DNA of 63,957 nucleotides, the filler included, from Thraustochytrium aureum (taxonomy: Eukaryota), in assembly GCA_012862495.1 (NCBI GenBank). It is 5 parts of 4 records of this genome, joined end to end, with 100 filler letters (N's around TTAATTAATTAA, not from the genome) between each part and the next. Parts side by side here need not be neighbours in the genome. Positions count along the whole stretch, not along the records: positions 1 to 27,449 come from BLSG01000081.1; positions 27,550 to 41,783 come from BLSG01000081.1; 3 more parts are not named here. One strand, 5' to 3'. A program made the position numbers and the translations under genes. Below the pieces are notes generated by a model, which made no database searches, was not told the DNA's origin, and saw nothing but the letters and a program-made list of their open reading frames with translations. Of this stretch, positions 22,436-33,176 are shown piece after piece; the first letter of the stretch is position 1; each line of letters opens with the position of its first letter.

Positions 22436-24283
22436 ATGTCGCGAGCTGTGAACCGCATCGAGTCTGGCGATGCATCCACGATCGCATTCAAAGCGCACCG
22501 CGTGACCGTCGAACTTGCGGCGGGCGCTTGGCGGCTCGATGCGTGGCTCCCACAGTCGTCGCAAGGCCTCATGAGGGACCACCGAGTCGTCGGGCGCTTT
22601 ACTGGCAACTTGCTGCGCAACCTGCACGTGGACGCCACGACAGAGACGGACGAGCCGCTGGGTTCACTCGACGTGCGCACAACAAAGGAGCGCAAGTCGG
22701 TCATCCTCGCGGTCCCGCCCAGCAAGATCGGCCGAGAAACGACCCCGGTGAAGCTGGAGTTTACGACGAATGCGATTCTCTTGCCCGTGCACTTCGAGTT
22801 CGTGCTCGAGCGCGAGCGAGCAAAGGCGGACGCAAAGGTGGCCGACGAGCACACGGAGAGCAAGGCCGAGCAAGCTGGCCAAACTGCAGCTGGAGCAGCG
22901 GCGCGCAGACTGGCTATCAGGGGCAGTAGCTGCGGCGGGAGCAGCAGCAACAGCAGCAGCCTCGGCAACGCGGCCGCAACTCAGCTTCGCCTCGCGCAGC
23001 TCGAGGAGAGGTTTCGGCGCCTCCCGTTTGAGGACAAGGTCCGCATTGCGCGCACCATGGAAAGCGCGCATTGCGCAGGCTGGCCGTCGCTGAACGGTGC
23101 CTGCGCTGCAGAGTTTGACAACCGAGTCGGCGTTGCAGAGATGCGCCGCGAATCCGAGCACAAGCAGCATGCGTTTGACGCAGGGCTGATCCGCCCCTTC
23201 TTACTGTTGGTGTCGATGCACCCCTGGAGAAGGTTCGTGTGGGCCTCCAACCTCGGACTGAACTTGGCTCGAGACAAGAGGTTTGGAGACGCGCACTGGG
23301 AAGTGCGTCAGATGCTGTTCCACATGCGCAAAGGCATCGTCGCTCGCGCCGAGCATACGTTCAGGGAGAAGTTGAACCCACTGGCCAGGACGGTTGACTG
23401 GTACCAGTTGCTGCACCGTGTATTGTTCCACGTGATGACGACCAAGTCGGGCCCATACGCCCTCCTCGGACGCGAGCGGATGGACGCAGAGCTCCAAGCA
23501 AGTCTCAAGCAAGCCAAAGTGTCCAAGTCGGTGTCGTCCGAGCTGAGCAGTTCCAAGGAGCTTGTAGCGGCGCCGCGCCACTTGGAAAACCTCTTTGGCA
23601 AGCAGTTTTACTCTGTGAGGACGAGCGACCTCTTCAACGCGGCAGGCGAGCTCGACACTGTGCGCGTCAACCTCGACGACCAAGACGGCAGCGCCGAGCC
23701 GATCACGCGAGCCGAACTCGGAAGGCTCGCCGTAGAGCTTGTCAGGCAGGACCCTGAGCTCGCTGCGGTTGCGGACCGTTTGCAAAAGCACGGTGCTGAG
23801 GATCCGGTTAGCATCGCAGTCGTGGCGCTGAGCGCGTTCCGCCGGGAGGCGCTTCCAATCTCAACCAGCTTTTCTCGCGAGGTCGCATCGCCGGCGCCAG
23901 CGACCTCCCTAGCTGGAGAAACGAAGGAATCCCAACCCGTGGCCGCTTGGAACAAAAACTGGGGGTCAGAGGCAGAACTGTTCGACGCCGAGTTCCGCGA
24001 GCGGGTTGCGGTCAAGTGCTACAAAGAGAAACGCGGCGTCGTCGCTAGCACATCTGTTGCGACAGTGATCCCGGCCGTGCTGGCCGCCGCTGCGGTAACG
24101 CCTGCCGCGGCCGCGGTGGTCTTGTGCTCCCGCGCAGCCATCAAAGCTGCGTTTCCAGAGCTTCCTTGCAGTGTTGCGGGCGTGCTCAGTGGGATTGTCA
24201 TGCAGCGCAACTGGCTTGCGGTCCAGGATATCGCCATCGAGGACTTTTATCCTGCCGGCCGGTCCGCGTCGTCGTCGATTTGA
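22436..24283 (+). CDS. Hypothetical protein, about 615 aa; may have an upstream exon starting at ATG 22167
   Basis: Long uninterrupted ORF with protein-like composition; candidate donor GAG|GTGAGC near 22187; no family recognised. Confidence 0.7.
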   Translation: MSRAVNRIESGDASTIAFKAHRVTVELAAGAWRLDAWLPQSSQGLMRDHRVVGRFTGNLLRNLHVDATTETDEPLGSLDVRTTKERKSVILAVPPSKIGRETTPVKLEFTTNAILLPVHFEFVLERERAKADAKVADEHTESKAEQAGQTAAGAAARRLAIRGSSCGGSSSNSSSLGNAAATQLRLAQLEERFRRLPFEDKVRIARTMESAHCAGWPSLNGACAAEFDNRVGVAEMRRESEHKQHAFDAGLIRPFLLLVSMHPWRRFVWASNLGLNLARDKRFGDAHWEVRQMLFHMRKGIVARAEHTFREKLNPLARTVDWYQLLHRVLFHVMTTKSGPYALLGRERMDAELQASLKQAKVSKSVSSELSSSKELVAAPRHLENLFGKQFYSVRTSDLFNAAGELDTVRVNLDDQDGSAEPITRAELGRLAVELVRQDPELAAVADRLQKHGAEDPVSIAVVALSAFRREALPISTSFSREVASPAPATSLAGETKESQPVAAWNKNWGSEAELFDAEFRERVAVKCYKEKRGVVASTSVATVIPAVLAAAAVTPAAAAVVLCSRAAIKAAFPELPCSVAGVLSGIVMQRNWLAVQDIAIEDFYPAGRSASSSI

Positions 24284-25286
24284 CCGGAAGTACTACAATG
24301 CTGTTGACGGTGCCCGATCGGCGTCGTCGCGTTGCATTTGGCCGCGCCAAAGGCGCCCGGCGCACAGCGCAAAACAAATCGCTGGCTTGCTCTGGGCAGG
24401 AAGGTCGCGTTGGTGCTCGCGCTCGTAGAGTAAACATGTAGCCTATGTGAATGAAAAGGAAGGATCGAAACGCAAGGTCACAAAAGCTAGCGCCACCTCG
24501 CTCGTTGGCGGTTGACGACAGCTCGCCCCTGGAGCGTGCGAGTTTGGCAAACGGCGTCGAGCCAGCACAAAGCTTGTGCCAACGCGCCCTCGCGCGCCGT
24601 TGCAGCGAAACGTCGGATTCGCCTTGTGCTGCACGCCTGCGACGCCGGCCACATCGGCGAGTACAGCGCACGCGGCCGATTGGATCGCGTCAACAACCCG
24701 TTGACCCCGAGGGTGTCGCAAGCTCGCCGTCCATCCACCCTCGCCGCGCTGCACCAGCTCTCCTAGCTCGCCCACGAGCCATCGAGCGCACATCCCAGCC
24801 CAGGCCAGCAACATGGCCGCTCGGCTGGCCGCTTCCAGATTGCGGGCCAGGCACGCTCGTGACCCTCTTGCATGCTGGCGCGGCAAGCAACCCTGCGTGA
24901 TATGACGCGAGGCCGGCGCGCCGTGACAATCTTCGCACGCTCACGTTGAACGGGCGGGTGGGCGGGTCCAGAACTGGCGGGTGAGCCGCAGAGAAGTGAG
25001 TACAAGCAGAGTGAGTACTCACTCTCACTCTCGGCGTCGGCGTAACGCTCCCGGGCCATCTTTCCCCACCATCGCTTGACCCACCGCGCGGGGCTTGGCA
25101 CTGTTGGCAGGCCGGCCTCTGCCAGCAGTGGGAGTTGCAACGAGCCCAGTCGCCATCCCCGAGATCGCGTCTTGTTGTCGCGACGAATTGCGCAAGCTGC
25201 CGAAAGGCGCAAAGGTTGGACGAAATCGAGCAGGCTCAAGAGAGGCCTGCGGATGGATACCACCCCATCAACAGCATCATCATCGT

Positions 25287-25323
25287 CCATCCATCCATCC
25301 ATCCACCCACCCACCCACCCATC
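25287..25323. repeat. (CCAT)n/(CCAC)n microsatellite
   Basis: ccatccatccatccatccacccacccacccacccatc. Confidence 0.8.
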
Positions 25324-25736
25324 GCCGAGCTACTCTACTCAAAGCACAGGCAACCATCAACTTGAACGACGCGTGGCACAGCTACAAGATCGCCTGGTGG
25401 CGCAAGCCATAGTGTCGGACAGCGCATACCACTCGAGAGGACAACAACGACCGCGGTCGACCGGCAAACTTGACGGACACAGACGCGGTTTTTGCAGAGT
25501 CGTCCGGTCCCTCTGACAGGAGCGGACCAGAGCATGGACCAGAACGCAGCAACGAGGTACTTACTCGCTCGGCCTAGTCGAGCATCGGTCGGCACAGGGC
25601 TGGAAGCGAAGGACGAGCCGCAGTGCTCGTCTCTGGTGCGTCGGTTTCGGGCGCGGAGGACTGCGTGCGGACCAGCCGTCGAGCCCGAGCAAGTCACCGC
25701 CGCCGAAAACGAGTCGTGGTGGCGGCCAGCGAAGAT

Positions 25737-27449
25737 ATGTCAAACGGGTCGCCGGCTGGCAAGGGCAAGGGAATGGGCAACGCGATGGATGACTCGATGC
25801 CAGTGCCGCAGGTTTTGTCGCTGCTGTCTCTGCTGGAACGCGTTGACCCGGGGGCCTCGATGCCGAGCCACAGAAAGCCTGGCATTGACCTCGGCACGAT
25901 TCTTGCCGCCACGAAGCCTGCGGCTTTGTTGAATAGCCTCGGGTTGCAGAGCAGCTGCGGTCAGCGCAGCAGGACGCCGGCGACTATGCGCATGCCAGAT
26001 TTGCTTCCCGGCCTGCGCACTGACGTTAGCGGCCACAGCTCGCAGGCGCTCCAGGCGCAGCGGGAGCGGCTCGACATCCTCGAGAAGCTGTATACGGAGG
26101 AGCTCTGGCTGCAACTGCAGCAGTCCTTGCTGCGCTCGATACTGCCCGCGGGCCAGCTGGCGCGCAGCCCATTGCAGCAATATGCAGAGGGGCCGAGCGG
26201 GCCCGCGAGCAACCCCAAGTGCGCGCGTGTGAACGCGCTTGCTCTATCAAGGGCGTTGCTGGCCGGCAACGAGGCAGCGAGGCAGCAGGTTTCGGCGTGC
26301 GGCGGCGGGCCCGCCACCCCAGCGCCCGGCTCGGTGCAGGGGTCGTTTAGCAGGGGCGACTTTGCGGCACGGTACCAGCGAAACAACAAGCGCGGCGGGC
26401 TGAAAAACCTGCGGTGCTTCCCGCAATGCGGCGCGGTGCACCGTGACCGCGGATTTTGCGGGCAGTCGTGCTTCGCGCGTCTCAAGCGCTCCAACCAAGA
26501 TGTGGCTTGGGAAGAGGCGCTATGCTGGGCAGAATTTGTTTGCCTGGACGACAAGAAATTGGCCGGCGCTCTCGCACCGAGCGCGGCCCAAGATACCAAG
26601 CGACGAGCCCTTCCGCAGAACGGGACGATTCTCAGCCCGGAGCGGATTGTGCCAGGAGACGCCTTCGACCTCGGCGAGCTGCTGTCCATGGAGCGGAATC
26701 GGGAGCATAGGGTTCGTCCGTGGATCCGGGGCGAGGTCGTGCACTTGAAATCAGGCGCTGACGAGTCGCTGCAGCGGTCGAGCAGCTTGGAGCGCGCTGG
26801 GCCGCTGTCGTCCATGTCGGCCGGGTCGACGGGGTCTGCGCCGACAACGGCGTCAAGGACTTGCCCCTCCTGCGCTGGGCCCCGCTCGCCGGTTTCGCCT
26901 TGCGCAGCCTGTTTAGCTGGTCCGTCGGCCGATGGAGCCGAGCGGCTCGGCTCGGAGGCCGTGGTCGAGTTCAACCGGCAGCGGTGGGGGTGGCACTATT
27001 CGTGGGTGAGCAACAAGCACTCGTGCGACTCGCGCCACTGCCTGCAGGCCTACGTCTTCCTCCCGACCTGTCCGGGCTCGACGCGGTACATCTGCGTGGA
27101 CGTCTTCCAGAGCCCGCCCTTTGTGCTCTTCTGCCGGCGCCGGCGTCGCTTCATGCAGCAGCTCACAGAAGCGGAGGCCTTGCAAGAGCAACAAGAGCAG
27201 CTCACGGACGCAGATTGCGCTGCTGCAAGCCCAGAGTCGGGCGCGCAGGCCTCCACGCGGCCTTCCGCGCAACCTGGCGCGAGCCAGAGCCGGGGCTTTG
27301 GTCCCCGGCGACGGAGGGGGCCGCGCGCAGCGGTTGCTGCCGTCGCGCGCGTCGGCGGGGCCAGGGCAGGCAAGAGCTCCGGGGCAAGACGCGCGGTCTG
27401 GGGTGCGCAGCTGGGACGAGAGCTACTGCAGCTCCACCGCGCCAAGCGA
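25737..27449 (+). CDS. Hypothetical protein with a Cys/His-containing domain (candidate transcription factor); truncated at the scaffold end
   Basis: Blocks RYQRNNKRGGLKNLRCFPQCGAVHRDRGFCG and FNRQRWGWHYSWVSNKHSCDSRHCLQAYVF...SPPFVLFCRRRRR set in low-complexity sequence. Confidence 0.75.
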
Positions 27450-27493
27450 NNNNNNNNNNNNNNNNNNNNNNNNNNNNNNNNNNNNNNNNNNNN

Positions 27494-27505
27494 TTAATTA
27501 ATTAA
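27494..27505. other. Artificial scaffold-join spacer (stops in all six frames)
   Basis: TTAATTAATTAA flanked by runs of N; the same spacer occurs four times. Confidence 0.95.
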
Positions 27506-27549
27506 NNNNNNNNNNNNNNNNNNNNNNNNNNNNNNNNNNNNNNNNNNNN

Positions 27550-27925
27550 GAAGCTCGCAGACTACGAGGAGAAGCAGGCCAGCAACGTGTTCTCCGGCAA
27601 GCACAAAGAGGGCCCCAAGATCGACAAGAAGGACAAAGACTATGGCAAGGCTGTTGCGGGGAGCAAGAGCGACGAGCGCGCCAAGGCGGCCAGTGCCTGG
27701 GTGGACAAGCAAATCGCGCAGCTCATCGACGTGATTAAAAAGATCGGGGACACCAAGGACGGGGTCACGACGGTTACCTTTGGCAAGCTCTTCAACACTT
27801 ATGCTGACATCAGCGACTCGCTCGTGGGGATCCTGATGCGCGCCAAGAAGCGAAAACTGCTCAAGTACGAGGGCGACATGCTGTTCCAGGGCCAGCACGA
27901 CAACCTTGTCATCACCTTGCTCTAG
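27550..27925 (+). CDS. Costars-domain protein (STARS/ABRA-like C-terminus), 5'-partial
   Basis: VDKQIAQLIDVIKKIG...VTFGKLFNTYADISDSLVGILMRAKKRKLLKYEGDMLFQGQHDNLVITLL; upstream DYGKAVAGSKSDERAK resembles the ABRA segment preceding Costars. Confidence 0.88.
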
Positions 27926-28324
27926 GCACCGTCGCTGACGCGGCCGTGGTGCTGGGCCGGGCTCGTTGACGGGGCCGGATGCGCCATGGAAAGTATTCAA
28001 CCGCCTCGAGGCGCCAAGGACCAGGTCTTGGCAGGCGGTTCTGCAGTTGACCAAGTATGAAAGGCGCCCCGCGAGCGTGTCTGTGTCTTTGCGGGGCGCG
28101 CTGCCAAGCAGTTGTGTTTAGAGTAAAAGTGTGTGTGTGTGTTTTCTCGCTCGACGCGCAATGAAAAGAATAAAAGGCCCAATTTTGTGGAATGAAAACC
28201 GGTACCTCGATTTGATGGCGGTCGGTAGCGCGCCCGACGCGCCGGCGCGACGCTGGTGCTTTGAAAGGCGCACCAAAAGCCTTCGAGATGTGACCAAACC
28301 GAGGGCGTGCGAGCGGAGTTTTGA

Positions 28325-28440
28325 CGGCTCGATGGAACGGCCTCAAGCCAGCGGCCTGGAGGCACAGACGCTTAGCCTGCAGGCGGCTCGATGGAACGGC
28401 CTCAAACCAGCGGCCAAGAGGCACAGACGCTGAGCCCGCA
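28325..28440. repeat. Diverged 59-bp tandem duplication of the cathepsin 3' end
   Basis: cggctcgatggaacggcctcaa(g/a)ccagcggcc...aggcacagacgct at 28325 and again at 28384. Confidence 0.9.
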
Positions 28441-29595
28441 CATGTTCTGGCCTCGCGCAATGTTGAAAAACCCGTCCATGCCCCAGCTCGCGCCCCAAGA
28501 GTTCTTGACGATGAAATAGTCGACCGGCTTGCCGCCCACTTGCATCGTGTCAAACCCGACCGCGAGCACCGCGTGGTTGACGTCCGCGGGGCTTGACGGG
28601 CACTTGCTGTTCGAGTAAACCCCGCTGTGGTACAGTCGAAAGTCTGAGGCCACGTGGTATGCGATCGAGACGGGGCCGGTGTGCGCGATGGCCGCGGTGA
28701 GCGAGTCCTCATCGTACGACGTGATGTTGACGCTGTCCTTGACAAGGCCGAGGACCGGGGCACTCGCGTTAAACTTGCACACGCGGCCGGTCTTGGCTTC
28801 GTATGGGTACTCGGCCTCCGTCTCGATGCCGTGGTTGTACTTGATGTACTCGAAAGCGTGCGAAGGCAGGCCGCCGTTGCAGCCGTGGTTGTCAAAGCCG
28901 CCGGCGCAGTCCAGGAGCTGTTGCTCGGACAAGAGGACCCTCTGGTTTTTGTAAAGTGCCAGGTGGCTCTCCACTGCGCCGGTCGTGCTAAAGGTCCAGC
29001 ACGAGCCGCACTTGCCTTGGTTCTTAACAGGTGAGAGGATGTCCTTTTTGCGCCAGTCCACACGTTGCGTCCCGCGTGCCGCAGCGAGTAGCGCGGGCGG
29101 CGCAGACCAGCCCTTGCCTGTGGCAGAGCAGCCAGGCTGCGGCGCCTCCACGAGGTAGAGCTTGGCAAACTCCTGGTGCGTCATGTCCGCAAACGCGTTC
29201 AGCGCCAGCTTGTACGNNNNNNNNNNNNNNNNNNNNNNNNNNNNNNNNNNNNNNNNNNNNNNNNNNNNNNNNNNNNNNNNNNNNNNNNNNNNNNNNNNNN
29301 NNNNNNNNNNNNNNNNNNNNNNNNNNNNNNNNGTCTTGTCGGCGCGCTCATTGTGCTCTTGCACGATGCGGAAACTCGTCTTCCAGATAGCGCGTCGGTA
29401 CTCGGCCTCGACGTCGTCGGCGTACGCCTTCGAAAACTCGCCCATCCAGGCCCCGAAGTGCGCATCGAGCAGCTCGCCTTGGAGCGAGTCATGGCGCACG
29501 TCCAGCTCCTCGAGCGTCCAGCCCGCGTCGGCCCCACGCCAAGCAGCGCTGAGCCAAGCGGCTCCGGCGACGACCGCGCCCCACTTTCGTCCCAT
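28402..29595 (-). CDS. CTSH: Cathepsin H-like papain-family (C1A) cysteine protease with signal peptide and I29 propeptide
   Basis: QGKCGSCWTFS, GCNGGLPS, NHAVLAVG, VKNSWG; mini-chain-like EAPQPGCSAT (compare EPQNCSAT); prodomain LNAFADMTHQEF. Confidence 0.93.
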   Translation of the reverse strand: MGRKWGAVVAGAAWLSAAWRGADAGWTLEELDVRHDSLQGELLDAHFGAWMGEFSKAYADDVEAEYRRAIWKTSFRIVQEHNERADKXXXXXXXXXXXXXXXXXXXXXXXXXXXXXXXXXXXXXXXXYKLALNAFADMTHQEFAKLYLVEAPQPGCSATGKGWSAPPALLAAARGTQRVDWRKKDILSPVKNQGKCGSCWTFSTTGAVESHLALYKNQRVLLSEQQLLDCAGGFDNHGCNGGLPSHAFEYIKYNHGIETEAEYPYEAKTGRVCKFNASAPVLGLVKDSVNITSYDEDSLTAAIAHTGPVSIAYHVASDFRLYHSGVYSNSKCPSSPADVNHAVLAVGFDTMQVGGKPVDYFIVKNSWGASWGMDGFFNIARGQNMCGLSVCASWPLV

Positions 29596-30264
29596 CGTCC
29601 CACGAAACCCTGCTCGCCGCTCGAAAGCAAGCGCCTGGCGCGTTCGTCCGACCGATGTGGGATGTGCAGTTGCTCTTCGTGAGAATGCTCTGCGCCTCCT
29701 TGCTCGCAGATCGCCTTGCCGATCGGGGTCTGCCTCGCGGGCGGCGGCGTGTGCCTCGGCCTCAAAGCGGAAAAAAGCGGTTGACCGTCCCAAAACGAAA
29801 GCTAATGTGAATCTGCCGCGGCTCATAATAACTCGTAATAACTATGTGAACTATGTTTAAAATTAAACCTGCAAGGGCACAAAACCCAAACAGCTTTTTT
29901 CAATGAAATCAAGAAATGGAAGACCACGTGGCCAGTCTCACCTCAATCGTGCGGGACGCTGTGCTGCTCACCCGCCGGCGCGCGGCGCGGACTCGGACAA
30001 CAGGGTCTAGGATCTGTCTTTTTGGTTGTCGTTCTCTCCGTCTCGCTCTCTCAGCCTCTCTGTCTCGCCTGCGCGCGCGCGCGACTTGATCGCAAGCCTG
30101 CGGGCCTGCGCGCCGCCCTGGATAGATTGATTCGGGAGAGCCTGGCTGCCTCCTTCTGATGACTGTCGAACGAGCACCCGAAGCGCTGTGCGGTAGTAGA
30201 TTCGACTTGCGAGCACAGAACGAGACGCGACGTCGCCGCGCTCCATGAAATCGTTCAGTTCAGA

Positions 30265-32929
30265 TCAAGCGATGGAACCGATGCAGTAGAGCACAACGAT
30301 GGCGGAAATGGGCACGGCCATCGATCGGGGCGCGGCTGCGTCGTTGAGATGGAACTGGTCCAAGTCTTCGCTGGGCGTCTCGGGTTTCGATTTGCTGGCG
30401 CTGGCGTTTGTTGCATTCGTGCTGGGCGACAGAGTCGAACTCTGGGAGGCCGAGGGCGACCGCGACACCGGTGGCGGGGTAGGGGTTCCTGTGGCGTCGG
30501 CGCCGCGGTCGTAAAACGTGACCTTCGGGAGCAAATCGAAGAAGGAACAGCTGTCGTCCGGGCTTCGNNNNNNNNNNNNNNNNNNNNNNNNNNNNNNNNN
30601 NNNNNNNNNNNNNNNNNNNNNNNNNNNNNNNNNNNNNNNNNNNNNNNNNNNNNNNNNNNNNNNNNNNNNNNNNNNNNNNNNNNNNNNNNNNNNNNNNNNN
30701 NNNNNNNNNNNNNNNNNNNNNNNNNNNNNNNNNNNNNNNNNNNNNNNNNNNNNNNNNNNNNNNNNNNNNNNNNNNNNNNNNNNNNNNNNNNNNNNNNNNN
30801 NNNNNNNNNNNNNAGAAGGAACAGCTGTCGTCCGGGCTTCGCAGCATCAGGTTCACCGTCGTGTTGGTTGGTCGGGTGTGAAGACTTGGCAAGGTGAAGG
30901 TAGCCTCACCTTGGTTGCTGAAATTGCCGAGGCTGGTCCACTGCAGCTCGTGGACGTCCTCGTCATACTTGATATGTGGCCCGACATACGCGAGCGTGTT
31001 GACCGCGATCATTACTTCGAGGTTTGGCGCAAGGGCGGCGGTGTCCCCCGGCGACCAGCGGAGCGTCACTTGGTCCCCTGACGCGACATGGTCGAGCGAC
31101 CGCAATTCGTGCGCAATGGCGAACGGGGCGACAGCGTTGTCGAAACGGACAGTTGTGTCGGCATACGCAAAAGTCCCAAACCCCGCCGTGGTGGAGTTGT
31201 CGAGCGCGGTTGTCGTGGCCGAGTAGACCTCGCGCACGGTGCCTCGCATGGTCATCTCCAGCGCTCTGGTCGGCACGATCTCGTCAACGACAGAGCCCTT
31301 GAGCCCGTGCACTAGATAGTACATGTTTGGAAAGGTGCGGTGAGGCACCTTGGTGGGGACCCAGGACCGGAAGCGCCCCTGCGAGCGGTCAAGAAAGTCC
31401 GCTTGCGCAATGCTGTCCACGGGCTCGATTGTGTAGTGCAGCCCTTGCGTGCGTTTCTTGGCTTGGTCGTGCGTAAAGGCGAGCCTGAATGGCATCCCAG
31501 CGGGCACGACGCACTTCGAGGGCATAGAGACGACGGGTCGATGCCGCTGGGTTGGATTCCGCACACCGCAACCCGCGTGAGTGTTGACCGTCCTTTCTAT
31601 GTAGTCGCGCATTGTCTGCAGACTCTTCGAGTGAAAGTACGGATCCGAGTTGGTTTGGAGGTTGTGCCGAGAGCCGCAGATCCCAGCATAGGCCAAGATT
31701 GTGCTCCCACTGCCCGGCTCGACCGAGGTGCTTGCGCCACCGCGATATCCGTCGCAGTCTTGGAACGTGTGGTCTCCAAAGAGCTGGTGGCCCCTGTGCA
31801 GCGCCCCAAACGAGCAGCAACAGGCCCGTTGTGTTGGTCAGAATCGTGACGCGGCCAACGCTGTCCTAGGCTTGAAGGCGAAAACTTACATTTCGTGGGC
31901 AACATAGTCCACGTAAAAGGCGTCCGAGTGCGGATGCGGCAGCCCCGTGGTCCCGCACGTCTTGAAGCTTCCGCAGAGCGACCCAAGGCAGGCAAGCCCG
32001 CCGGACCCAGTGCTCAACGAGTGTCCGATGTCGATTTCGTTGAGCGAGACGCCTTGCGCCGTGATAAAGGCGTCGGTCTGGTCCAGAATGGCATCCGAAT
32101 TGCTCAGCTCGGGACACGGGTGCAGGCAAATGAGCTTGTCTGTGTCGGCGTGGAGCTGAAAGAAGGTCCCAAGCTCGCGCTTGAAGATTCCGTTGACCCG
32201 GTTCATCACCGTCACAAGCTCGGCCAAAACGGCCTCCTTTGTGTTGCCATGATACCGCGAGTACTCTCCGTTGGCGACAAGGCCGAGGGTGAATATGTAT
32301 TCGGCTGCAAGCTCAGCCTTGTCGGAGAGCACCCTTGGGCCGCTCTCCGACTCGTTGGTGTTGCCGCGGTGCGGATGGCCGTCCCGTCGCAGGTGGCACC
32401 CCCAGGCCTCTGCGCTTGTCATTGATCGCGACGCATACGACTTGTATTGTCGTCGCCCGCTCACAACGAGCGGGTCGAGGTAATAGTCGCCCCTGGCGTC
32501 GCGGATGAAGGCACGCAGGCCCTTGAGCGGGCTATAATCGACATCGGCGTGCAGGACGCGCGTGAAACCAACAGACTCGCCTGTTAGGGTGGTGATCTGT
32601 GGAAACCTCTCGCTCAGCTCCGGGTGCATCAAGTCTGTGCTCTGTAGCTCGAAAAGAACTTCGTCGCCGCTTGGGAGCACGAGTGGCAGCTCGATAAAGC
32701 CCTTTGGATTCGCCTTCCAGTCAAGCATGGACTCGTCGAGCTCCAGTGTTATGGCGCTGTCGAGCCTCTCCAGCCTCGATAGAGTATTTATTCCTCGAAG
32801 CAGCTCGGTAGGCTGGCGCGCGGTTTTGACGACGGTCCATGGGCTCGAACTTGCGCCGCCTGGAGGTTGTGCGCAGCTCGTTGCTGTAGCAAGAGCGGCT
32901 AGCGCACAGGCAAGAAGTCGGCCAGCCAT
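30265..32929 (-). CDS. Secreted reprolysin-like (M12B-type) zinc metalloprotease; intron 31889-31794; probable GPI anchor
   Basis: Signal peptide; propeptide MHPELSERFPQITTLTG; MNRVNGIFKRELG; DIGH..STGSGGLA; spliced YVAHEMGHQLFGDHTF; EPGSGSTILAYAGIC; SDPYFHSKS; Ser/Thr/Pro stalk and hydrophobic tail ISAIVVLYCIGSIA*. Confidence 0.88.
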
Positions 32930-33097
32930 CGGGACCGCCGCCTACTGCAGCGCCCGCGGACGAGGGAGCTTTGTGCGCTAGTTAAAACTCGATTCGGAAT
33001 AGCCTTGCCTTCGGGCGACTAGCGAGAGCCTTCTGGGAGCGTCGCCAAGACAAGTCTCAATGCGAGGTATGGCGTGCAGCTCCGACCCAGGCCAGCG

Positions 33098-33176
33098 GCA
33101 ACTCGATCGCGCCAGCCACGCAAGACACGATTGCGCAACTCGATCGCGCCAGCCACGCAAGACACGATTGCGCAAC
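33098..33176. repeat. 37-bp perfect tandem repeat (2 copies plus a partial) upstream of the metalloprotease
   Basis: gcaactcgatcgcgccagccacgcaagacacgattgc at 33098 and 33135, with a partial copy at 33172. Confidence 0.9.

Noticed and set aside
30540..30841. Direct repeat agaaggaacagctgtcgtccgggcttcg flanking an N gap, as a target-site duplication
   Set aside because: Merging the overlap restores a continuous protease frame (SPDDSCSFFDLLPK), which indicates a false gap.
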